A stretch of DNA of 64,000 nucleotides from a virus (taxonomy: Duplodnaviria > Caudoviricetes). Position 1 is the first letter of the stretch; every line of letters starts with the position of its first letter. The position numbers and the translations under genes are program-made. This document shows, one piece after another, positions 1 through 9,152 of this stretch. The notes beneath the pieces are model-generated. The model was not told the origin of the DNA. It searched no databases and worked only from the letters and a program-made list of their open reading frames with translations. Location of the stretch: the IMG/VR virus record IMGVR_UViG_3300025418_000839, positions 32,001 to 96,000 of that record; one strand, given 5' to 3'.

Positions 1-68
1 AGCTCTTGACGTATCAAAAGCATACCTAATAAACTACAAGCAATAATCGCTAGCGTACGATTTGACAT
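1..68 (-). CDS. Partial small membrane protein (runs off the window edge)
   Basis: Read by hand: ATG at 66-68 overlaps the stop of the 68..304 ORF; MSNRTLAIIACSLLGMLLIRQE... is hydrophobic. Confidence 0.5.
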   Translation of the reverse strand, partial: MSNRTLAIIACSLLGMLLIRQE

Positions 69-304
69 TATCTATCCTGATCATAATCATGGTCGGCTTC
101 GTCATCGAACTTGTCAAAAGCCAATTGGTTGATCATTTCACCATTCTCATCACCAAGCTGTTCGAGCTCTTCGTCTGACAACGGTGTTCCATCTTCATAT
201 TCAGCATAGCTAAAAAACGCATCACAGAAGTCTGGGTAGTCACTACCATCTACCCCATCAACTTCAGCATTCTTTACAGTACGGCCATTTAATTGCATAT
301 TCAT
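68..304 (-). CDS. Small acidic hypothetical phage protein
   Basis: 78 aa ORF, AAGGA SD, coupled to its neighbours. Confidence 0.7.
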   Translation of the reverse strand: MNMQLNGRTVKNAEVDGVDGSDYPDFCDAFFSYAEYEDGTPLSDEELEQLGDENGEMINQLAFDKFDDEADHDYDQDR

Positions 305-307
305 TCC

Positions 308-520
308 TTAGATAAAATCGTAAGCATATTCGCCGGTGTCGCCGATTGGGCTAACAATAACCTTGCCTAACCCAAAAGTCTCAGCTAATCTATGGAATAC
401 TGTACGAGCTTGCGTTTCGGTAATTGTGCGAACAAACAGAGTGCCATTGAAAAACTCTGTGGTCACAGGCTCGTTAGTAAGAGTTACTTTAACCAATTGA
501 TCTACTAGTGTTTCAAACAT
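308..520 (-). CDS. Hypothetical early phage protein
   Basis: 70 aa ORF with AAGGAG SD downstream of a sigma70-like promoter. Confidence 0.7.
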   Translation of the reverse strand: MFETLVDQLVKVTLTNEPVTTEFFNGTLFVRTITETQARTVFHRLAETFGLGKVIVSPIGDTGEYAYDFI

Positions 521-538
521 ACCAGCTCCTTATTAATC

Positions 539-578
539 ACTATACAAGTATTATACTATTTTGGCAATTTTGGCACAA
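539..578 (-). promoter_or_regulatory. Sigma70-type early promoter (TTGTGC-17-TATAAT), repeated at 33042-33081
   Basis: Minus strand ttgtgccaaaattgccaaaatagtataat; 35 bp identical to 33042-33076. Confidence 0.75.
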
Positions 579-593
579 CCAAATTTTGGTCGT

Positions 594-622
594 AAAAAAA
601 GCCCTATTTCTAGGGCTTTTTG
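594..622 (-). terminator. Rho-independent terminator (likely bidirectional)
   Basis: aaaaaaagccctatttctagggcttttt hairpin flanked by A and T tracts. Confidence 0.75.
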
Positions 623-644
623 AGTGTTGCTTTTTTACAACAGA

Positions 645-863
645 TTATTTAACTGCAAACATCTTAGTAAAATCTACAGATTTTGTAGCTTCAACTACTT
701 GCTTAGATAGCTCTAAATTTGTTTCATATACAGTCTTAGTAAAGTCTGCATAAGAATCTACTAGAGTTTCTAGGTTTGCACGGATGGCTTTGTCTTCAAC
801 GTATGTTAACGGTGTCTTTGTTGCTGTTGCTATTTGATCTACGATTGATTTAAAATTAAACAT
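645..863 (-). CDS. Phasin-like small amphipathic protein
   Basis: 72 aa, helical and amphipathic, strong SD; the phasin resemblance is by composition only. Confidence 0.45.
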   Translation of the reverse strand: MFNFKSIVDQIATATKTPLTYVEDKAIRANLETLVDSYADFTKTVYETNLELSKQVVEATKSVDFTKMFAVK

Positions 864-925
864 TTTATTTTCCTTTATTAAGCGAAATGTTATACAAGAC
901 CCAAACCATTCGGCATCTTGCGTTA
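864..925 (-). promoter_or_regulatory. ROSE-like RNA thermometer in the 5' UTR
   Basis: UUUCGCUU-AAUA-AAGGAAA pairs over the SD with a bulged G; upstream hairpin caagatgccgaa..tttgggtcttg. Confidence 0.55.
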
Positions 926-1036
926 TACTGTGTTCTTAGTATACATTTATTTATGCTGTGGTGCAACATTTTTATTATTTTATTTTACCAAAAAACCCAA
1001 CTAAATAATACTATCCAAACCTATAGGAGATTCAAA

Positions 1037-1285
1037 ATGGAATTAATCGTATTTCTAGCAGTAGGTGTTGCTATTGTTTATGCACTATACAAAGCGTATG
1101 GTCCAAAAAAATCTGAGGCACCTAGTGTAACAGAAGTTGTAGAAAAAGCAGAAACTGTAGTTGCTGAAACTCAAGTTGAAACTGCTGTTGCTTTAGACAA
1201 ACCAGCTAAGAAGCCAGCGGCTAAAAAGAAACCAGCTGTTAAAAAAGCAACAACACGCAAACCAAAGGCACCTGCTAAGAAGTAA
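1037..1285 (+). CDS. Membrane-anchored protein with Lys/Ala/Pro-rich (histone H1-like) tail
   Basis: Probable start ATG 1037 after AGGAG; N-terminal TM helix; KKPAAKKK repeats. Confidence 0.7.
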   Translation: MELIVFLAVGVAIVYALYKAYGPKKSEAPSVTEVVEKAETVVAETQVETAVALDKPAKKPAAKKKPAVKKATTRKPKAPAKK

Positions 1286-1288
1286 TCA

Positions 1289-2359
1289 ATGGTAGATGGC
1301 CGTATAGGGGTATTCGTTACTGAAGAAACGGATGCCCTTTTCTTTTATCACTTTAATAAATGTAACCTAACTAACTCAATCAAAGTATTCAACGATATAG
1401 ATAAGTTTCGCAGTAGTCCCATTAAACATAAAATTAGTTGTTTACAAATGCCGTATCCTGTACGAGCAGAGTTTGATTCCTTAGTTGATGATTTAGTTAA
1501 ATGTTCCGATCATGTGTTAATACTCATGAGCGAACTGCACGACCGTACTGTGGAAATTGTACAACGTCATGACGACCCTAAGGTCAGTTATTTTATCTGT
1601 GGAGAATTTAACTTTGAATTAACTCACAGCCCCCTACACAAGTTTTATGATTGGTTTACAACCACTGTACACTTTTATAAACATGTTAGACCCCAAACAC
1701 TCGACGTTCTTACTCCCTACAATACCAAATCATTTAACTTTGATTGCTTACTAGGACGTAAGAAAGCTCACAGAGATTTTGCTTACGATCGTATCAAGGC
1801 ATGGCCCAATAATGTGTTAACTTACCTCGGAGATCATACTTGCAATTTTGATGATCCAGAAAAGTGGTTATGGGAAAGCAATGGGTTAGAAATAGATCGT
1901 CCGGTGGAGTGGACTGTGGATCGTGTACCGTACTACGGACATCGTATGAGTATCAGTCAAATAGTACCCTTACAAATCTATAATCAAACTGCTTATACAT
2001 TAGTAGCAGAAACAAACTATAGTAATCACTACACATTCTATACAGAAAAAACTGTTAAGCCCATACTAGGTTGTAGATTGTTTATAGCATTAGCTGGGCA
2101 AGGACATCTTGCCAATTTACACCGTATAGGGTTTAAAACATTTAATGGTATCATTGACGAATCATATGATACTATAGCCGATAATGAAATTAGATGGCAA
2201 ACAGCCCTAGAACAAATGCAGGGATTGTCTAAGACACCTCAAGAAGAAATTCTAGACAAAATAAAACCAATCTGCGAACACAACTATAAAGTCATGATCG
2301 AAACAGATTGGTATGGTGATTACTTCTTACCTGCGTTTGTCAGCTACTTTAATCAATAA
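1289..2359 (+). CDS. Putative glycosyltransferase (GT10/fucosyltransferase-like TEK motif family)
   Basis: ETNY..YTEKTVKPI..GFKTF..IDESYD motif; paralog of 6991..8202. Confidence 0.5.
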   Translation: MVDGRIGVFVTEETDALFFYHFNKCNLTNSIKVFNDIDKFRSSPIKHKISCLQMPYPVRAEFDSLVDDLVKCSDHVLILMSELHDRTVEIVQRHDDPKVSYFICGEFNFELTHSPLHKFYDWFTTTVHFYKHVRPQTLDVLTPYNTKSFNFDCLLGRKKAHRDFAYDRIKAWPNNVLTYLGDHTCNFDDPEKWLWESNGLEIDRPVEWTVDRVPYYGHRMSISQIVPLQIYNQTAYTLVAETNYSNHYTFYTEKTVKPILGCRLFIALAGQGHLANLHRIGFKTFNGIIDESYDTIADNEIRWQTALEQMQGLSKTPQEEILDKIKPICEHNYKVMIETDWYGDYFLPAFVSYFNQ

Positions 2360-3614
2360 TACCAAAGTTAGCCCAAGTAGCATTACCTAAACTTACCCAA
2401 CCCAACGGACCACCAAGACTAGGATTTGAGTTAAACACTACAGTACCTTTGGGACTGTCTGTAGTAGGTGGAGCACTAGCACTAGACATAGTAATAAATC
2501 CTAAGGTAAGTTGATTTACTGCTACACCCCCATCAGGTGTTAGTGTTAGGTTGTTTTTGTTGTTAGTACTAATGATTAATGTTTGATTACGAGACGAACC
2601 GATTATACCGGTGTTGTTGGATAATTTACCAAATCCAATTTCAACTTCTTGATCCCATACACTTAAGGCCTGGGTAGGTTCGATAGTGTTAATACCAACA
2701 CGTTGTCCAGTTGTGTATAAGGTTTGACTTAAAAGTGTTTCTCCTGATACTTGTAGTTCACGTAACTGTCCAACCTTTTGTAAATTACTTTCTGTAATTA
2801 GATTGCTTAACGAACTACCAACAACAATATCTTGACCATTTAAACTGATCTGTGCTAGGTCAAGACCTTTGGCCTTGATTTGATCAAATACCATGTCAGC
2901 GTATGATTGGAATACCACTTGATCTAAACTTGTACGAACATTGTTTGTTGCGGCCGATACCATCTGTTGGTAAGCAGGACTTGATTCAGGAATAGTTCCG
3001 GTGATAATTAAATCACCTTCTACTGTTGCTGTTCCCTTGACTGTTAAATCTTTAGTGAGTAAATTATTTTCAACTACAGTTACATCATCCATAACTGTTA
3101 ATTGGCAAGCAGTGGCTTTATCATCTATACCTGTGCTACCAAAGTTTTGTATAATTCCGCCGTTGATTGAGTTTCCAGACAATACTAAATTAGTAGTGTC
3201 AATGGCTGTACCAGGAATACTGGCATCGGGATATTTAATTGATTGTGTTTGAATTGCACTGGTTAGAGTTGACTGCAACATCTGTGCAAAATCAATTCTA
3301 GCAATTTGTGTCTTTATAGCTTCAGTAGTTAATTTTATACTCTGAGCCTGCACTTCTCCTGCTACTGCACTACCCAAATTATCTAATCGAGCGTAGAGTT
3401 GTGATTCAATACTTTTTGTATCGATAGGTAGCTGGCTTATGCGACTGTCAAGTTTTTTACTCAACTGGTCAGCTAACATTGATGTGGTATCAAGGTTTGC
3501 GACAATTTCTGAAATCTTTTGATCGATTTGAACAGCTACCTGTTGTTGAACTTGTGCTGTTATCTGTGAAATTATTGTTTGTACTATACCACTTACGTGA
3601 TTGTCTATATCCAT
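2349..3614 (-). CDS. Putative virion structural protein (coiled-coil N-terminus, beta-rich C-terminus)
   Basis: 421 aa with heptad-rich N-terminus and fibre-like G/T/N-rich C-terminus. Confidence 0.45.
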   Translation of the reverse strand: MDIDNHVSGIVQTIISQITAQVQQQVAVQIDQKISEIVANLDTTSMLADQLSKKLDSRISQLPIDTKSIESQLYARLDNLGSAVAGEVQAQSIKLTTEAIKTQIARIDFAQMLQSTLTSAIQTQSIKYPDASIPGTAIDTTNLVLSGNSINGGIIQNFGSTGIDDKATACQLTVMDDVTVVENNLLTKDLTVKGTATVEGDLIITGTIPESSPAYQQMVSAATNNVRTSLDQVVFQSYADMVFDQIKAKGLDLAQISLNGQDIVVGSSLSNLITESNLQKVGQLRELQVSGETLLSQTLYTTGQRVGINTIEPTQALSVWDQEVEIGFGKLSNNTGIIGSSRNQTLIISTNNKNNLTLTPDGGVAVNQLTLGFITMSSASAPPTTDSPKGTVVFNSNPSLGGPLGWVSLGNATWANFGIID

Positions 3615-3615
3615 T

Positions 3616-4353
3616 TTACTCGAATTGTATGCTAACTACGTGTTCGTAGTTCTTTTTGATTAAACTCTTATACATTAAGTTTTTGTGGACGAGGAAATTC
3701 ACGGCTCCTGCATCCATACTAAATTTTGCTAACTGCTTAAAAAACATTGTACGGCGCTCAAACTGCCCATATGTTACTAAACTACTTGTGGGCTCAGTTA
3801 TTTCGTAAACCATTGTATTCCAACGTGTACGATCTTTTAGATCCCAGTCGTGATTTTCTAAAAATATCTTAGACTCTGTGCCGTTTCTAACCATAGCAGG
3901 AGTACTAAATTCGCGTTCTTTAAAATCTTGATTTTTGTAATCACGTATTGTACTTATCACAAATGCCGTGGCTAAATTACAAATTTTAGCAATGGCATCT
4001 TGTTGTGCTTGATCGCTGCCAGCAAAGGTAAAATACTCGTCCATAGCAATCACACAATCAAATTGTTTACGGTATTGATCCAATTTGGCAGGATCAATAT
4101 ATGTGTACTTAACTTTACGGCTTTTTAAGAATGTCTGTGCTGTGTCACTAATTTCCGTGACTGCAATATTTTTAGCACGGCAGGCTAGTATTGCTGGATT
4201 GAATCCAACAAATAATATGTTTTGTGGTTCTAAATTTTCAACACGATACACCCCGTCGAGTATTTCTTGTTTACGGGTCACTTGATCATCTAATTTAGGA
4301 TTAAACATTAATGCGGACAGTACCGCATCAGTATACGAAGCAAAATTGTTCAT
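3616..4353 (-). CDS. Class I SAM methyltransferase-like protein (degenerate motif I)
   Basis: NILFVGFNP and QFDCVIAM resemble Rossmann MTase motifs. Confidence 0.4.
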   Translation of the reverse strand: MNNFASYTDAVLSALMFNPKLDDQVTRKQEILDGVYRVENLEPQNILFVGFNPAILACRAKNIAVTEISDTAQTFLKSRKVKYTYIDPAKLDQYRKQFDCVIAMDEYFTFAGSDQAQQDAIAKICNLATAFVISTIRDYKNQDFKEREFSTPAMVRNGTESKIFLENHDWDLKDRTRWNTMVYEITEPTSSLVTYGQFERRTMFFKQLAKFSMDAGAVNFLVHKNLMYKSLIKKNYEHVVSIQFE

Positions 4354-4357
4354 ACAC

Positions 4358-5278
4358 TTATTTATTGCTAGTTCGTAATAAATCTAACGTCACACAATGA
4401 AATCCGCCTCCTAAGGTGCGACTATGACGTAATTCCAAGGGTATAACTGTAAATCGATGATGTTCTAGTGTTGATATTAACTGTTGTTGATGCCGATCCA
4501 CTATGACTGTGTTGGGATCAATTACCAGCATATTCATAGCAATCCATTTGCTAGCATACGGGTATTGGTAAAAGTCCTGTGCTGCAACTTCGTTAACCCA
4601 AATCTTTTCCCAGGATTTTAAACATTCAGGTACTGTTGCTTCTGTTACACGACTAGCATTAAGCATTACCAATCCCTCACGTAAAGGAACAATGGTTGAG
4701 TCAATATGTACGCCAGCATAGAAGTTACATAATTCAATGGTAACCCCGGGAAACTGATCGCACAACCATTCGTATGCTTTACGATTGCCCGATGCCGATT
4801 CTAAAAATAACCAAGTGTCATTTAAACGACATACGTTAGCTGCATCAAGTATCATCCCTTGATCTCTGGGCATACGCCTAATGTCGTGTGACTTGTGCGT
4901 TACTTCATTTAAAGTAACTATTTCTTGATCGCGACAAGGATACATCATTGCAGGATCTACAATAGTATTGCCCCAGATTAAGAGTCTGTCACGGGGACAA
5001 TAATTGTACATACCGCCGGTTACTGGGTAGTTGCGTGGGCTAGGACGTATAACGTCTATACCAAGACTATGTAGTGTACGTGCTAACTCATTTAAATCTT
5101 CGTTAGCTTCGTCTACAATAAAGTCTGGTACTGGACCACTAGGAACAGGTGTTTCTTTCCACAAAGTTTTTTCTGACTCTTGTGCAAACACTGGATCATC
5201 AGATGGCCAGTTTGCATATTTGGCACTACCCACTACTACTGAACGTAATGGATCCCATTCATTATAACTTGATATCAT
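4358..5278 (-). CDS. Amidinotransferase (glycine/inosamine-phosphate amidinotransferase family)
   Basis: SYNEWDPL, YCPRD, DAAN, HIDST and GGGFHCVTLD catalytic motifs. Confidence 0.9.
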   Translation of the reverse strand: MISSYNEWDPLRSVVVGSAKYANWPSDDPVFAQESEKTLWKETPVPSGPVPDFIVDEANEDLNELARTLHSLGIDVIRPSPRNYPVTGGMYNYCPRDRLLIWGNTIVDPAMMYPCRDQEIVTLNEVTHKSHDIRRMPRDQGMILDAANVCRLNDTWLFLESASGNRKAYEWLCDQFPGVTIELCNFYAGVHIDSTIVPLREGLVMLNASRVTEATVPECLKSWEKIWVNEVAAQDFYQYPYASKWIAMNMLVIDPNTVIVDRHQQQLISTLEHHRFTVIPLELRHSRTLGGGFHCVTLDLLRTSNK

Positions 5279-5793
5279 AGGTGCCCGGTTATTTGAAGAG
5301 TGTATCTAGGAGTAGAACCCATATTAGCTGCCATATGCGGAGTATCGTAAGTCCATTCCACAGTATCACCGGCGCACCAATCGGTATACGGTACATCTAG
5401 GTATTCGGCATAGTGTCCAGGTTGCCAATCTTCTAAGAAAATTACTGCACGTCTAATCAACTGTTCCTGGCCCCGTAAGTTGAAAAGTTCTATATATTTT
5501 AAATATAGATCAGAATGTGTAGGAAGTATAGTTCCGGGCATCATACGATAGTAACTGCTACAAACGTCCTTCCATCCTTCAGCTTCATAAGAAGCTATGA
5601 TAAGATTGTTCCACCGGGGTTGAGGACTGCGCATATCGCACATATCACCAGTAAACTTTCCTGGGAATCCTAACTCTAACCAACGAGCAACATTGGGATC
5701 ATCATTGAAAGGTTCGTTAGTATAGTTCAACGACTTATATTTGTCATCCCAAATTTTGGAAATATTATACTTAACTACCACGGGTGTTACCAT
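5275..5793 (-). CDS. Fe(II)/2OG-dependent cupin-like hydroxylase
   Basis: PGTILPTHSD (HxD) and distal PHMAAN..RYTLQITG; likely start ATG 5793. Confidence 0.65.
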   Translation of the reverse strand: MVTPVVVKYNISKIWDDKYKSLNYTNEPFNDDPNVARWLELGFPGKFTGDMCDMRSPQPRWNNLIIASYEAEGWKDVCSSYYRMMPGTILPTHSDLYLKYIELFNLRGQEQLIRRAVIFLEDWQPGHYAEYLDVPYTDWCAGDTVEWTYDTPHMAANMGSTPRYTLQITGHL

Positions 5794-6988
5794 AGTGTAT
5801 GACTTTGAGGTTTCCGTTTTGTGGATATCGACGCCATGGATCAATGATGATACTACCTTGATCAAAAATACAATACGCAGGTTGATTATCAGTAACGCCA
5901 GCATATCCGTAGGTTACAATTTGATTGTGTGCTAACAAGATACAACCTTTGACTACTGCTGGATTAGACTCTTCTGTCAAGGGATCGATGTAGACGGGAT
6001 CGATTCCCATTTCTTTTAAGTAACTGCCAACTAATAAACTGTAACTGCCTTCTAGATAGTCTACATTGGGTTTATAGGCTTTGCCGTGAATATAAACAGG
6101 GAGACCTTCGCGATTGTCGTAAATAAATCTGGCCATGTTCTTTGCTTGTTGCTCACGTGCTTTCATAATAGTATCAAAAATATCATAACCTAAGTCTAAA
6201 TTTTCTGCTAGGTAACGCAAGGCAATGTTGTCACGTGGATGACAAGGTCCTGCATCGCCCATGCCTGCTGTCATATACTTAGGTCCCATAATACGCATAG
6301 TTGATTTTGCTAGCGCATCAGTTACTACGTCTACATTAATGTTGCCTTGTTTAATTGCTACGTCTTGAATCATATTCACCAAGCCAATCTTGGCACTAAT
6401 GAATGTATTGTAAAACACTTTGATACATTCTACTTCATCCCATGTACCAACTACGTAACGTGGGTCATTCTCCATTATTGTTTTATAGAAGTCAATCAGC
6501 TCACGGGCATCGCCAGTTTCACTACCATCTTCCGTACCAATCATAACCATCTCGGGGTTAACCATGTCCCACTCTACTGAACCCATAGCAATCAAGTATG
6601 GGTTATAAATGAAACGTGCATTGGTAATGTTGTTCCTCAGTTCACGCCGTGTAGTGCCAGGAAGAACTGTTGAGATAAGGACTACTAATTGTTCAGGTTT
6701 TGCGTATTGGTTAACATCTGCTAATACTTGATTTACGATTGTGTAATCAAAGTCTTTATTCTTTAAATGGGTGATTGGTTGATCACCACCATAAATTGGA
6801 TCATGTGGTGTTTGTACAGCAATAAAGATTAACTCTTTACCTTCTACTGCTTCTTGTAAAGTGGTAGCAATCTTAATTTTGTCGCTAGTACGTGGATAAA
6901 TATCATATCCAACAACATTATGTTTGCTTGCCATAGTTTCAGCACAAGCCATTCCCAATTTGCCAACTCCAATAAATCCTACATTCAT
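5771..6988 (-). CDS. ugd: UDP-glucose/GDP-mannose 6-dehydrogenase
   Basis: GxGxxG (GVGKLG), AVQTP, STVLPGT, catalytic GPCHPRD, AYKPN. Confidence 0.9.
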   Translation of the reverse strand: MNVGFIGVGKLGMACAETMASKHNVVGYDIYPRTSDKIKIATTLQEAVEGKELIFIAVQTPHDPIYGGDQPITHLKNKDFDYTIVNQVLADVNQYAKPEQLVVLISTVLPGTTRRELRNNITNARFIYNPYLIAMGSVEWDMVNPEMVMIGTEDGSETGDARELIDFYKTIMENDPRYVVGTWDEVECIKVFYNTFISAKIGLVNMIQDVAIKQGNINVDVVTDALAKSTMRIMGPKYMTAGMGDAGPCHPRDNIALRYLAENLDLGYDIFDTIMKAREQQAKNMARFIYDNREGLPVYIHGKAYKPNVDYLEGSYSLLVGSYLKEMGIDPVYIDPLTEESNPAVVKGCILLAHNQIVTYGYAGVTDNQPAYCIFDQGSIIIDPWRRYPQNGNLKVIHYGNTRGS

Positions 6989-6990
6989 TT

Positions 6991-8202
6991 ATGTTTTCCT
7001 TAGATAAATTTTATAATATTCTTCACAACAACTTAATTTCTAAATTCAAAAATGGAAATAGTGCCTACTTTTATCCATTTGGTACATATCAAAATATCTT
7101 AACTTTAGGAAACGAAGATTCTGATATGGCTGTTGGGTACCCCCATTTGGGAAAAATATTTTTACATTGTTATTTCTTTGATCAAGAACCCTACGACGAA
7201 AATAGCTTACCAATTTTAAAAAACTCAATCGCAAGACACGACTATACCTATAGTCCCAATCGAATCAGCATACTTGCTAATAGTGAAAAATCTCTTGTTA
7301 AAACCAACTTTATAAATTCAGAAAAACTTTACGATTGGTATTATTTTTATCACGGTTTTGCAGCATTGGATTGGTATAGAGATTTTCAATATATTGAACC
7401 ACAATCATTTAATCGATTTGACAAAGTATTTATATGTTACAATCATCTTATCTCAAATTATCGTTCCTATCGTCTACACCTGGTCAGCAATCTAATAGAA
7501 CAAGACTTAGTTAAACATGGACATGTCAGTTTATTTTTAAAAGATCAATACGGGACCTGGGAAAATACTATACAGAATCCAACGACTCCCCTGGATTCTC
7601 GTGCTCGTGTAAAAATATATAAAACATTAAAAAATATTACTGAACCGTTGATCATTGACACAGAAACTCCTGATGGTACCTTAAGTGCTAATATAAATTT
7701 TAAAGATTTAACCAGTGCTTTATTCCACGTTATCACGGAAACGGTATACTTCTTACCTAAGCTACACCTTACTGAAAAAGTGTTTAAGCCTATTGTTAGT
7801 TGTCGCCCTTTCTTTTTAGTAGCGGCACCAGGTAATCTAGCATACTTAAAAAGCTACGGATTTAAGACTTTTGATCGCTGGATAGACGAAAGTTACGATG
7901 ATGAACCAGATCATTATATACGTATAGAAAAGATCACATTTGAGATTGCCAAACTATGTGCCATGCCGCCGGCACTACTCGAACAGATGTACAAAGAAAT
8001 GCAAGAAACATTAGAATACAATTTTAATCACTTTTACGGTGAATTTAAAGATATTATTGTAGATGAAATGATTGATAACTTTGAACATATATTATATCAG
8101 ATAAACAATGGTCGCCAACCAGGAAATCACAGTCGTTATCACCAGCGTTTTGATTTATCACATGACTACTTACAGGAAGTAAAAACCCGTCTCAAGCAAT
8201 AA
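6991..8202 (+). CDS. Putative glycosyltransferase (TEK motif family), paralog of 1289..2359
   Basis: ITETVYF..LTEKVFKPI..GFKTFDRWIDESYD. Confidence 0.5.
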   Translation: MFSLDKFYNILHNNLISKFKNGNSAYFYPFGTYQNILTLGNEDSDMAVGYPHLGKIFLHCYFFDQEPYDENSLPILKNSIARHDYTYSPNRISILANSEKSLVKTNFINSEKLYDWYYFYHGFAALDWYRDFQYIEPQSFNRFDKVFICYNHLISNYRSYRLHLVSNLIEQDLVKHGHVSLFLKDQYGTWENTIQNPTTPLDSRARVKIYKTLKNITEPLIIDTETPDGTLSANINFKDLTSALFHVITETVYFLPKLHLTEKVFKPIVSCRPFFLVAAPGNLAYLKSYGFKTFDRWIDESYDDEPDHYIRIEKITFEIAKLCAMPPALLEQMYKEMQETLEYNFNHFYGEFKDIIVDEMIDNFEHILYQINNGRQPGNHSRYHQRFDLSHDYLQEVKTRLKQ

Positions 8203-8251
8203 ATACTTGTACATTAAGAGCAGTTAAAACTGTCGTGTTCAAGGAGCTAGT

Positions 8252-8533
8252 ATGGGTGAAATTTTTAAAATTCTCGGAGATTTAGGTGTGCCAGTTGCGG
8301 CAGCACTTGCCGGCGGATACTTTGTATTTTTAACTATCAAATTATTATTACAGGGTGTGCTAAGTTCTGTTAAAGGCATGGCCGGTATTATCACTGCATT
8401 AGACAATCGTGTTAAAACTATGAATCACGACGTTATCCGTATTGATACCGTTGTTAGTAATGCTCTTGGCCTACGTCCAGACGTAGAACGTATTAGTCGT
8501 GCTGATGGCAAAACAGATGCGAGACGTGACTAA
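8252..8533 (+). CDS. Small TM + coiled-coil protein (holin-like architecture)
   Basis: AGGAG SD; N-terminal TM LGVPVAAALAGGYFVF then heptads; similar to 8830..9144. Confidence 0.7.
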   Translation: MGEIFKILGDLGVPVAAALAGGYFVFLTIKLLLQGVLSSVKGMAGIITALDNRVKTMNHDVIRIDTVVSNALGLRPDVERISRADGKTDARRD

Positions 8534-8721
8534 TGAAATACTACGACTACGAGTGGGATATATATCCTAATATGATTTTATTAGATGCAGAACTTAACAC
8601 AGATGCATTAGGTTGGAAAGGCGGAGATTATTTTAAATTAGTCAATGTCAATGGTCAAGTAATGTTAAAAAAAGTAGATCCGCTAGAAAAGTTTTTAGAA
8701 GATGGAAAAGCCGGTGAATAA
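8533..8721 (+). CDS. Hypothetical protein (possible AbrB-like swapped hairpin)
   Basis: 62 aa; LGWKGGDYFKLV..GQVMLKK resembles AbrB/MazE pattern. Confidence 0.5.
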   Translation: MKYYDYEWDIYPNMILLDAELNTDALGWKGGDYFKLVNVNGQVMLKKVDPLEKFLEDGKAGE

Positions 8722-8830
8722 ATTTGATCCAAATCGGTTACCAATTGCACAGATCTGGACTGACCGGGATCTAGCCAAGTTTGCCTTGATAGCATTTGTA
8801 GCAGGACTAATTATAGGATACATTCTTTAA
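8714..8830 (+). CDS. 38-aa single-TM peptide (not in the ORF track)
   Basis: GTG 8714 to TAA 8830, MNKFDPNRLPIAQIWTDRDLAKFALIAFVAGLIIGYIL; TAATG coupling to the next gene. Confidence 0.55.
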   Translation: MNKFDPNRLPIAQIWTDRDLAKFALIAFVAGLIIGYIL

Positions 8831-9144
8831 TGGGCGATATCAACGAAGTTATTACTAAATTTGGATTTCCAGTAGTCATGGCTGTGGGCATGGGCTATAT
8901 CATTCACTACGTATGGGAATGGGCTACCAAAGAAGTCAAACCAGTTATCAGTGACGCCAATACAGTTCTTATTGCTCTTATTGATCGTATTCGCATGTTG
9001 GACAATGATCTAATCAGACTAAATCAAAAGGTCAACACAGTTCTACACTTACGTGGTAAGTCAATTGAACACGAACGTGTAGCCGCTGAAGCACAAATCA
9101 ATAGAACCGACGAAGATAACGAAGCTGCTAGCGGTAACAGCTAA
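8830..9144 (+). CDS. Small TM + coiled-coil protein, paralog of 8252..8533
   Basis: FGFPVVMAVGMGY.. and ALIDRIRMLDNDLIRL versus ALDNRVKTMNHDVIRI. Confidence 0.7.
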   Translation: MGDINEVITKFGFPVVMAVGMGYIIHYVWEWATKEVKPVISDANTVLIALIDRIRMLDNDLIRLNQKVNTVLHLRGKSIEHERVAAEAQINRTDEDNEAASGNS

Positions 9145-9152
9145 GTATATTA

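Noticed and set aside
887-1036. N-terminal extension of ORF 887..1285
   Set aside because: It overlaps the divergent promoter and leader region; an AGGAG SD supports ATG 1037
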